Shown here: positions 27,420 to 35,375 of the stretch, piece after piece
Layout: every line of letters begins with the position of its first letter
Numbering within the stretch: the stretch's first letter is position 1
Virus record (IMG/VR): IMGVR_UViG_3300027621_000003
Coordinates: 230,915-294,914 of that record
Reading direction: 5' to 3' (one strand)
DNA: 64,000 bases
Translations under genes and position numbers: made by a program
Notes under the pieces: generated by a model
Database searches by the model: none
What the model was told of the DNA's origin: nothing
What the model saw: the letters and a program-made list of their open reading frames with translations, nothing else

Positions 27420-28280
27420 TTAATTTTCCAAATAATTCCTAATGTCCATATCTAAAATTGTATTGATAAGTGGTTTTGGTACTCTGAACTCTTCATACTC
27501 AGAATTTTCTTTTAACAACACCACAATACAACCCAACAATTTAATGTTTTCATATTTGGTGCCTTCCAACATCTTAACTAACAATTTACCATATAGAGGT
27601 AACTGAAGGTAATAGTGACCCAAAGCGGTACTTGGATACTCATGGAACGGTGGATACATATTCTTTGTAAACTTACTGGGTTTGAAATTCTTTTCCTTGT
27701 TTGTCTTCCAATCCGTAATTAACAAACCAATCTCATTACCCGCAGCATTTACCGTTACCCACACTTTATCGGGTTGACCAGTATAACCAAGTGCAGGATG
27801 ACCCAATACCGCTTCCGTATCCAACAGAGCTAAGTTCCTACTCTCACACAACTTAAGGTATTTTTTACCAGCTGAAATCATGGAATCACCTTTGGTAATC
27901 TGTTCCAAATCACAATCAAATATTGGTTGACGAACTTCTTTGAACCCCCCAAATCTATCTATAGTTTCTTTTTCCAAATGATAGTGAACCCTACTTCCCA
28001 TGTTGGAAGCATAATCACCTGAATCACTCCACTCTTTCAGGAGTTCTTTCATATATTGGATATTACCTTTGGCTTTATTATAGGCAATACCTTCGGCATC
28101 AAATTCTTCATAGAACAATTTGGTTACCTTTGAAACTGATGGGTGAGTATCTACCACTTCACCATCCGTGTTTACCATCATATATTTGTGGTCTTCTTCA
28201 GTAAAGGTCAAATTAAATTCATCCCTTTTACTTTCTAAAATTTCTCTAATTTCTTTTACAACTTTTTCTAAATCCATCAT
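27420..28280 (-). CDS. PD-(D/E)XK exonuclease (RecB/Cas4-like fold)
   Basis: GSRVH, TGQPDKV, ITDWKT, YYLQLPLY. Confidence 0.85.
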   Translation of the reverse strand: MMDLEKVVKEIREILESKRDEFNLTFTEEDHKYMMVNTDGEVVDTHPSVSKVTKLFYEEFDAEGIAYNKAKGNIQYMKELLKEWSDSGDYASNMGSRVHYHLEKETIDRFGGFKEVRQPIFDCDLEQITKGDSMISAGKKYLKLCESRNLALLDTEAVLGHPALGYTGQPDKVWVTVNAAGNEIGLLITDWKTNKEKNFKPSKFTKNMYPPFHEYPSTALGHYYLQLPLYGKLLVKMLEGTKYENIKLLGCIVVLLKENSEYEEFRVPKPLINTILDMDIRNYLEN

Positions 28281-29194
28281 CTCATTAAATCTATATAATA
28301 TTCGTTAATCTGTCCTTTCAAATCACACACGTCTTGGTCTTTTGGTGGTCGGATAATTTTAATCCTTCCGTATAGCACACCACCGTTCAATTCGTGGAAT
28401 AGTCTTTGTGCGTTATCCCAAGCATCACCATCCAAACATATATGAATGTCACCCTTGGCTTCATTGTATAACCTTTCAAACAACATGGCCGATACGTGTT
28501 TACCCAATATAGGAATACAGTTATCCAAGAACAACATGTCAAATGCTCCCTCAACCAAATAGATGTCTTTACTGAAATCAACATTCCTTTCATTGAAGAT
28601 AATCTCGTCTTTTGGAACTGTGGGATTCTTGTATTTCATCTTCTTTGGAACCCAACTACGAGCAATGAAGTAGTTAAGTAGTCCGTCCTTGTCGTATGAA
28701 GGGATTATAACCCTATAGGCGAAATTACCATCAACGGTATACCCTATCTCATACTTTTCAATCAGTTCATCGGTTATACCCCTACTATGGAGATATCTTA
28801 ATGCTTCACCGTGTGGAATAAATCTTTTGTTTGAATCTTTGAACTGAGTATAACCTTGTGGGAGTTTTACTTGGATTTTCTTAAGTTCCTCTTTCTTCTC
28901 TTCGGGATTTAAAAGTAGATAAGTCTTTTTTGATTTCTTGTTTCCGAACCTGTCAAATAATTTACCCAATGGTCCTTGAGTTCCGTGAGTTTCAGCACAA
29001 CTCCAACACTTATATAGGTGTCTACAATAATTTATCTCCAAGTTACCCTTACCATCACCATTATCCAAACCCTTAACCTCATATGAACATACTGGACAGT
29101 CAAAAGTGATTTGACACTTCATGTCATAGTGGGCTTTCTCTTTACCCAACATGTCTCGCAAAAGGTCAATTACAATTTCTTTTTCATCATCCAC
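28277..29194 (-). CDS. dnaG: DNA primase (DnaG type)
   Basis: CPVC...CWSC zinc finger, RVIIP, TOPRIM motifs YLVEGAFD and ICLDGDA. Confidence 0.9.
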   Translation of the reverse strand: MDDEKEIVIDLLRDMLGKEKAHYDMKCQITFDCPVCSYEVKGLDNGDGKGNLEINYCRHLYKCWSCAETHGTQGPLGKLFDRFGNKKSKKTYLLLNPEEKKEELKKIQVKLPQGYTQFKDSNKRFIPHGEALRYLHSRGITDELIEKYEIGYTVDGNFAYRVIIPSYDKDGLLNYFIARSWVPKKMKYKNPTVPKDEIIFNERNVDFSKDIYLVEGAFDMLFLDNCIPILGKHVSAMLFERLYNEAKGDIHICLDGDAWDNAQRLFHELNGGVLYGRIKIIRPPKDQDVCDLKGQINEYYIDLMR

Positions 29195-29235
29195 ATCTGT
29201 AAAGATAATAAATTAAATAAGAAAAACAAATTTTT

Positions 29236-29787
29236 CTACAATTCAATCACAAACAATTCGTAACCTTCTGGTTGGTAACTCTCCAAGAATACATTCAAGT
29301 TCACCCTAACCTTATTTGGGTTATTGTAATCTAAATTTTCATTTGGACTTTTCATTACCGTCATTACTCTATAGACAATGGTGTCACCTTCTTTGTCATA
29401 ATCATTAACCATTATCAAAACTTGTGCATTACTGTTTGACCTTCTAATGATATAAAACTTAACAGGTTGTTCTAATCTTTTGGTTTGACCAGTTTTCTTG
29501 TCTTTAAGATATATAATACCATCAATGATTGGACTCATCATTGCTGTTCTGTTTATTCCAAAGGCCCTTTTAGATAATTCAGGTAATGCATCATAAAACA
29601 TTTCAATAACCTCTTCCTTCGTCATTGGTTCAATATTTTGGTATCTATCTAATCTTTTAAATGCATGGTCACCATATTCCAACACATAGTTATAACCTTT
29701 GTAATTGGTTTTAGCAAGTACCTTTGAACCCTTAACTAAACGGTCATCTTCACTAATAAGTGTTTTTATGATTGATAATAATTTCAC
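29236..29787 (-). CDS. Late hypothetical protein, possible BECR-fold domain
   Basis: GTG start after TATTTATA (29792-29799); MKLLSIIKTLISE tag; HAFKRLDRYQNI...VMTVM. Confidence 0.55.
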   Translation of the reverse strand: MKLLSIIKTLISEDDRLVKGSKVLAKTNYKGYNYVLEYGDHAFKRLDRYQNIEPMTKEEVIEMFYDALPELSKRAFGINRTAMMSPIIDGIIYLKDKKTGQTKRLEQPVKFYIIRRSNSNAQVLIMVNDYDKEGDTIVYRVMTVMKSPNENLDYNNPNKVRVNLNVFLESYQPEGYELFVIEL

Positions 29788-29807
29788 TACATATAAATAC
29801 CTACAAA

Positions 29808-29902
29808 AAGAAAAAGGGAACCGAAGTTCCCTTTTAAGGATTTCAGGGGAATTATGTTTACGATGACCGTCTTAACCTATTCCACCCCTTACTCCCATCC
29901 TC
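29808..29902 (-). ncRNA. Candidate ~95-nt structured small RNA
   Basis: Own TATCTTTG element (29907-29914), GC-rich self-complementary body, UUCG terminator; only an 8-codon ORF inside. Confidence 0.55.
29811..29835 (-). terminator. Intrinsic terminator with C(UUCG)G loop
   Basis: AAAAGGGAAC-TTCG-GTTCCCTTTTT on the minus strand. Confidence 0.9.
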
Positions 29903-29906
29903 AATA

Positions 29907-29914
29907 CAAAGATA
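29907..29914 (-). promoter_or_regulatory. Bacteroidota-type -7 promoter element (TATCTTTG)
   Basis: TAnnTTTG upstream of the candidate ncRNA. Confidence 0.6.
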
Positions 29915-29930
29915 GTGATTTTTGTTTACA

Positions 29931-30062
29931 CTACCAAACTTTTTTTTCTTTTTTTCTACTATACACTTTTTTTGACCCAACCACACGAACCACGTTTTTT
30001 CTACGTACAATCTGTGCGATGTGTCCGTTTGTCATTCCTTGTTTCCAGTCTTTGTTTTCCAT
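29931..30062 (-). CDS. Small basic protein
   Basis: Hand-translated 43 aa: MENKDWKQGMTNGHIAQIVRRKNVVRVVGSKKVYSRKKEKKVW; TATATTTG at 30081-30088. Confidence 0.7.
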   Translation of the reverse strand: MENKDWKQGMTNGHIAQIVRRKNVVRVVGSKKVYSRKKEKKVW

Positions 30063-30080
30063 GTCCGTTTGTTTGTTATA

Positions 30081-30088
30081 CAAATATA
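30081..30088 (-). promoter_or_regulatory. Bacteroidota-type -7 promoter element (TATATTTG)
   Basis: TAnnTTTG 18 nt upstream of ATG 30062. Confidence 0.6.
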
Positions 30089-30116
30089 CAACATACACAG
30101 ATAAATACAAAACAAA

Positions 30117-30719
30117 TTACCAAATTTTTTCAGAATTCATGTGTCCAAGAACGGCACAATATGCGTCCGTTTGGTCAAAGTTTTCTTTCTTAAGTGTGTT
30201 GTTCCTTGTGTACTGCCAAGTAATTTGTGGTTCTCGTTTTGCCACCAAGTCCCAAATAATTTGTTTCTTGTCAATGTCTTTTGAAAGTCCACCGAATAAA
30301 ACCATCTTACCCTTATCATTTAATTGTAAAAGTTGTGGAAACGCAAACTTTCTTGAGTTGTATGTTGAAATAAATTCAGGTACCAAACCCAAGACATCGT
30401 AAATGTTTTTTGTAACAAACGAGTTGTATCTTAGTAACGTTTGAACCGTATAGATATTGTTTGAGTTTAATAAAGGTTCTTCAATAATAACTTTGGTGAT
30501 ACCCAAGTTCTTATACTCCTCCAATTTACTCTTGAAGACATCAGCCTTTAATAACAATTCTTCAATTTTATTTTCACTTGTAATTTTTGGTCTTGGTGAC
30601 ACGTGGGTCAATTCCAATAACTCTTGTGTTCTCATATCAAATAGAGCCCACCCGATTGTTTTAGTTGACACATCTAATCCCAAGACTTTAGGATTATTCT
30701 GTAAAGTTTTTTTTGTCAT
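30117..30719 (-). CDS. ruvC: RuvC-like Holliday junction resolvase
   Basis: VLGLDVSTKTIGWA, VIIEEP, DQTDAY acidic tetrad positions. Confidence 0.8.
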   Translation of the reverse strand: MTKKTLQNNPKVLGLDVSTKTIGWALFDMRTQELLELTHVSPRPKITSENKIEELLLKADVFKSKLEEYKNLGITKVIIEEPLLNSNNIYTVQTLLRYNSFVTKNIYDVLGLVPEFISTYNSRKFAFPQLLQLNDKGKMVLFGGLSKDIDKKQIIWDLVAKREPQITWQYTRNNTLKKENFDQTDAYCAVLGHMNSEKIW

Positions 30720-30720
30720 G

Positions 30721-32910
30721 TTAGAAATCAAATTTTATCAAGAATTGTTGAATACCCTGTCTTAACACGGGGTATTGTAACTTAGATAAAATCATAAGGT
30801 CATTGTTAGAATTATAAAGACCAATTTCAGTAATATATTTTTCATTACTTGTTAATATAGAATATGTTGGATTTGAAGAATTGGTAAATTGTTCTTCAGC
30901 TAAGTTAACAGCGTATTTCATTTCATAAATGGTACCTTGTATATCAGTACTAACATCACCATAAAAAGAATACTCATCACCAAAGTTTAACTTACTTGTT
31001 TCACCATTCATTGGTATGTCTATATAGTCATTCAAATCATAGTTAGTACCACCCGAAAAATCATTTAAACTAATAACAAATGTTGTTCCTGTTAAACCTG
31101 ATGCGGTAATATAACCATTAACTAATGTACCTGATAAATCTGATGTAACATCAATCTCAGTCCAATTCTGTGGTAATGGTCTTGTACCAATCGTTTTTTG
31201 ACATAAGATACTCATCTTGTTTGCTGTAAAACCTGATGAACATGATTGTTTTAAAAATGGAAATTCATTTCCAAATCTAACAGTAATATTTTGTGATGTT
31301 AAAGAACATCCTGATGATGGTCCTTGAATTTTTGAATAATAATTACAATGTAATGAATCCGTAAATGCTGTTGAATTAAATCTATATGTAACCCACATGT
31401 ATTCAGTATCCGCAGACAATATACCTTCAGTATCTGAACCACCTTCACAAATGTTTGGAACTATTAATCCTAATTTAGGTGCTGGTAATGTCCAATTTCT
31501 GTTTGCTTTGTAAGACATTGCAGCAATAATTTCCTCATCATCAAATACAATAATTTCTTGGTCAGGAAATACTTTACCAACTCTATTTGGATATCCATCT
31601 GTATTTGAATTTGTGTCCCACAAATGATAATATCTCATACCAGGTGTGTTCATATCCTCATTCTTTTTACTTAACATGTAGGAAGGTTCAAATAAGTTGT
31701 ATGAGTCATAACCGACAGGGTCAACATAAAACGTTTGACCTATTGTAGTTCCAGTTGTTTTATGCCACATTAAAGTGGGCATTTCAACTTTGAAGTTTCT
31801 TGCAAAACCAGGTATTGATGGGTTGGCTGAGTCGTATGGTTGGAAAGCAAATTTTTCACCATAATAATTGTTAACATTTTGGTTTGTGTAGTGAACAATA
31901 GCAATAGCCTTTTGTTCTTCAGGTGATACAGGAATTATTTCATCATAAGAATTATAATAATAAGTGTCAGTATTTGCAGTAATAGCGGAGTAGTCCATAA
32001 AATATTGACCCGAAGTAGTTTGGTATCCTAAGTATTCTTTAGTTCCCAAATAATTAACTGAACCATAGTATGTATAATCTTCATTAATTGTTGGAATTAC
32101 TCCGGCTGGTGATTCACTCCAAGGAATATTCATATTCCAAACATTTACGGTATCTGCTGATGAACAAGCACCGCTAAAATAACCTGCTGGTGTAATCGCA
32201 TCATAAAATGGTGTCATACCACTTGGATAAATAAGTGCTCTTGCGTCACCTAAACATGGCTGATTTACAAAATCAGGGAGAGCCCTATCAACAGTGATTG
32301 TGTATGCTGTTACACTAGTTGCGGTAACCGCTTGTATTTTGTATGTTAAAATGGGACTATTATTAGTATTAATATTACCACACCCACCATTACTATCAAA
32401 TATAAATGTAACAAAATTACCAATTGCAGGAGTACCTGTAGATGGTGAACAAAAATCATAAATTAAATTAACATTATATCCTGAACTACAACCGGTATAA
32501 TCAATAAGATAATTAGATGTTACAGTATATGCAGAATTGGTAATTGCACTATAACTCCCACTAGTTCCTGTAAAAAACCCAAGTCTATCGGTAAAATTAA
32601 AAAGATTGGTTTCAACCGATTGCATTGTTGGTATACCATAAGTGCTTCCCGATGTTCCTTGTAAATAAAATGGGTATTTAACATTTTGTTTGTTACTTTG
32701 TGGTACTCCTGTTGAATTTTGTGAATTAAACATGGGTTCCAAAACAAAACCCGATGATGGTAATACACCACTGGCACAATTATAACAAACTTCAGAGTCA
32801 CCAATTTGGAAATAACTTATGTTAAAATTTCCTTCAGACAAATACTGTCTACCAGTATCTGTCAATTTTGTGTTGATTAACCCTGCGGTATCTTTGATTA
32901 TATAACCCAT
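30721..32910 (-). CDS. Virion structural protein (baseplate/tail-fibre attachment-like)
   Basis: Beta-rich 729 aa; N-terminal LTDTGRQYL..YFQIGD and C-terminal ITEIGLYN..LMILSKL..P resemble tail-collar/fibre-attachment domains; TATTTAC upstream. Confidence 0.55.
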   Translation of the reverse strand: MGYIIKDTAGLINTKLTDTGRQYLSEGNFNISYFQIGDSEVCYNCASGVLPSSGFVLEPMFNSQNSTGVPQSNKQNVKYPFYLQGTSGSTYGIPTMQSVETNLFNFTDRLGFFTGTSGSYSAITNSAYTVTSNYLIDYTGCSSGYNVNLIYDFCSPSTGTPAIGNFVTFIFDSNGGCGNINTNNSPILTYKIQAVTATSVTAYTITVDRALPDFVNQPCLGDARALIYPSGMTPFYDAITPAGYFSGACSSADTVNVWNMNIPWSESPAGVIPTINEDYTYYGSVNYLGTKEYLGYQTTSGQYFMDYSAITANTDTYYYNSYDEIIPVSPEEQKAIAIVHYTNQNVNNYYGEKFAFQPYDSANPSIPGFARNFKVEMPTLMWHKTTGTTIGQTFYVDPVGYDSYNLFEPSYMLSKKNEDMNTPGMRYYHLWDTNSNTDGYPNRVGKVFPDQEIIVFDDEEIIAAMSYKANRNWTLPAPKLGLIVPNICEGGSDTEGILSADTEYMWVTYRFNSTAFTDSLHCNYYSKIQGPSSGCSLTSQNITVRFGNEFPFLKQSCSSGFTANKMSILCQKTIGTRPLPQNWTEIDVTSDLSGTLVNGYITASGLTGTTFVISLNDFSGGTNYDLNDYIDIPMNGETSKLNFGDEYSFYGDVSTDIQGTIYEMKYAVNLAEEQFTNSSNPTYSILTSNEKYITEIGLYNSNNDLMILSKLQYPVLRQGIQQFLIKFDF

Positions 32911-32939
32911 ACTATTTAGTAAATACTTTTATTTTTATT

Positions 32940-35150
32940 TTATTCTTGTAATGTTTTTTCAACAACGCTTACTGCCGATAATCCACCTGAAATGATTGTA
33001 TTACAATTATTTAAAGCAATGTAATTAAATGAACCATCTACTTGTACTGTACTTTGGACAGTTGTAGCACAACCAGATATACTAGCATCGGTTATGGTAA
33101 CTTTATTATATACATCAATTGTTAATGTATCTGCGTTTGTAACAGAAACACTTGCCGTTGAATCTGTTACCGTTGTTTCAATATCATTAGGTGAACAATA
33201 AGGTCTTAATGTTGAACTACTTGTTGTACCACCTGATGTTATAGCTATTGGACTACCATTTTTATAAATGGTAATTTCAGTTAAATTATTGTTTCCATCA
33301 CCAGGTTTGTAAAGTTCAAAATTTACATTAATGTCAAACGACATTGCTATTGTTATTCCACTAGGAATATTATTACAATTTAATTCCCAAATTTGATTTT
33401 TAGATTGTATATACGGACTATCAATTTGTGTTTGATTTGTTGTTTGTGTAAATTGTAATGTTGTTGTAACATTTTGATTTAAATTTCCAACAGTAGTATT
33501 TTGTGTTATATATAACCCGGTCACAACATCTTTAACATAAACAGTGTAAACACCAGGATTTAAATCATAGAAATAAGATGTAGTTCCTGTTGTGGTACCA
33601 CTATTAATTGAATATATATAATTACCTGAACCACCGTATGGTTGAATTGCAATTGTTCCATCTGCGGTTGTATCACAAGTGGCTGATGATGTAACTACAG
33701 ACATATTAAGTGGTAAATACGCAGGACAATTACCTGTAACCATGTTCAATGAACTAATCTGACTACTTCCGTTTATAATCCAATTACTTAACGGTGGTAT
33801 TGAAGTCGTATTTGAACTTGGGTAAGCGTCTACTGATAAACCTTGAATTGTCCAACCTGATAATGCCGAGTTACTTAATACCAATATTTCACCCGAACCA
33901 TTTGTTATTGGTGATGAATAAGTTGCCGCTGTCCAAGCGGGTTTACTATTAATTGTTGAATAATAATTAAATTGATATTGGTATTGTTGATTATTAGTTA
34001 ATGTAAATGTTGCACATATTCCTGTGTATGCCACGGCTGTTGGTGATGGTGTTAATGTTGGTGTTAATGTTGGTGTTGGCGTTGGTGTTATTCCAATTAT
34101 TGTACATGTTGTAGATGCTGTAAAATCACCATAATAATCTGTGACAATTGCAGAATATGTTCCAGGTGTTACACCACTAATTGTGGTAGTATCAACAACA
34201 CCATTACTCCAAACTATACTATATGGTGATGTACCACCAGTTATAAACAAACTCATAGTTCCAAAACCACTAACAACAACAGGATTTGTTACACTGCAAA
34301 CCACACCCAATGGAAACAAAGTAATAACATTACACTCATTTTTTACAATAGCTCTTGTTGTTGTAGTTGTTGTATAAGTTGGTGTTGGTGTTAAACCAAA
34401 AGTTTTAGTTGGTGTTGGAGTTGCGGTACGTGTTGGTGTAATACTCGGTGTATTTGTTGGCGTAGGTGTCAATGTGGCTGTAACACTTGGCGTTGGTGTT
34501 GGTGTTGGACACGGTATTGCTGATTTACAAAAAGTACAATTTTGATAAGTTGGGTATTCAAAAGATGATGTTATTGTTGAAGCGGATGTTGTATTAGTTA
34601 ATGAATAACATTTATCATTATAAACAACAGTATTACCAAAAGGATAAACAAAATTTGATGGTATTATATTAAATGTTAATATATCTGTTGAGTCGCAACA
34701 ATTTGTAAATGTAACCGCAGAGTATTGAGTAGTTCCCGTATTTAAATTCAAACATTTGATACAATTTTCATACGTAGTTAATGATGTGTAAACATTATCA
34801 TTTGTTGGTCTACTACTAACATATTCCCAACAATCACCATCATATAAAATAACAGTATTTAGTGCCGGCACAATACTTGCTGGAACAGTTATTATCGCAA
34901 GTTCACTTGACGTACAATTTTGAATTTGAAGTCCAATTAAATTATCAGAAATACAATCATCACAATTACCATAACCATTAAATGTTACATCAGCAACTGG
35001 TATTAAAAAACTTGCAACTTCAGTGTCAATCCAACATAATCCATCATAATAAGCAATATCTCCAGGATTGAAGAATACATCATTATATTGTAATATCTGT
35101 GTTTGATTTATATTATTACAATTACGGAATATGTTAGTTTGAATTGCCAT
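32940..35150 (-). CDS. Virion structural protein with Cys-rich repeats, Thr-Pro linkers and SprB-like repeats
   Basis: Three N-terminal modules ending YxxCxxC, two PTPT tracts, two 'GG..PY.Y.W/S..G..PG.Y.V.V.D' repeats. Confidence 0.7.
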   Translation of the reverse strand: MAIQTNIFRNCNNINQTQILQYNDVFFNPGDIAYYDGLCWIDTEVASFLIPVADVTFNGYGNCDDCISDNLIGLQIQNCTSSELAIITVPASIVPALNTVILYDGDCWEYVSSRPTNDNVYTSLTTYENCIKCLNLNTGTTQYSAVTFTNCCDSTDILTFNIIPSNFVYPFGNTVVYNDKCYSLTNTTSASTITSSFEYPTYQNCTFCKSAIPCPTPTPTPSVTATLTPTPTNTPSITPTRTATPTPTKTFGLTPTPTYTTTTTTRAIVKNECNVITLFPLGVVCSVTNPVVVSGFGTMSLFITGGTSPYSIVWSNGVVDTTTISGVTPGTYSAIVTDYYGDFTASTTCTIIGITPTPTPTLTPTLTPSPTAVAYTGICATFTLTNNQQYQYQFNYYSTINSKPAWTAATYSSPITNGSGEILVLSNSALSGWTIQGLSVDAYPSSNTTSIPPLSNWIINGSSQISSLNMVTGNCPAYLPLNMSVVTSSATCDTTADGTIAIQPYGGSGNYIYSINSGTTTGTTSYFYDLNPGVYTVYVKDVVTGLYITQNTTVGNLNQNVTTTLQFTQTTNQTQIDSPYIQSKNQIWELNCNNIPSGITIAMSFDINVNFELYKPGDGNNNLTEITIYKNGSPIAITSGGTTSSSTLRPYCSPNDIETTVTDSTASVSVTNADTLTIDVYNKVTITDASISGCATTVQSTVQVDGSFNYIALNNCNTIISGGLSAVSVVEKTLQE

Positions 35151-35152
35151 TA

Positions 35153-35362
35153 TTAATTACATTCTGTTATAATACAATCATTTACATCAACAACTTTTAC
35201 ACACAATGAACTTTCTGAATCCAAAGGTGCTGGTACGTCAAAAACATAGGGTGTTGAGCTAATTGTTGCTATATAAACACAATTGTTTACGGAACCGTCA
35301 CAAATATATACGTCATATGGTGATGTTCCTGTTAAAGAGTTTATAGTTACTTGTATTGCCAT
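35153..35362 (-). CDS. Small beta-rich structural protein
   Basis: 69 aa between structural genes; TATTTATA at 35367-35374. Confidence 0.65.
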   Translation of the reverse strand: MAIQVTINSLTGTSPYDVYICDGSVNNCVYIATISSTPYVFDVPAPLDSESSLCVKVVDVNDCIITECN

Positions 35363-35366
35363 GGTA

Positions 35367-35374
35367 TATAAATA
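35367..35374 (-). promoter_or_regulatory. Putative late promoter motif TATTTATA
   Basis: 4 nt upstream of ATG 35362. Confidence 0.55.
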
Positions 35375-35375
35375 T

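Noticed and set aside
27420-28280. PD-(D/E)XK nuclease as Cas4 of a CRISPR system
   Set aside because: No array or other cas genes; context beside primase and sbcD fits a replication/recombination exonuclease.
29854-30402. 182-aa and 92-aa plus-strand ORFs
   Set aside because: They overlap ruvC, a promoter-backed minus-strand small ORF and the candidate ncRNA; composition is not protein-like.
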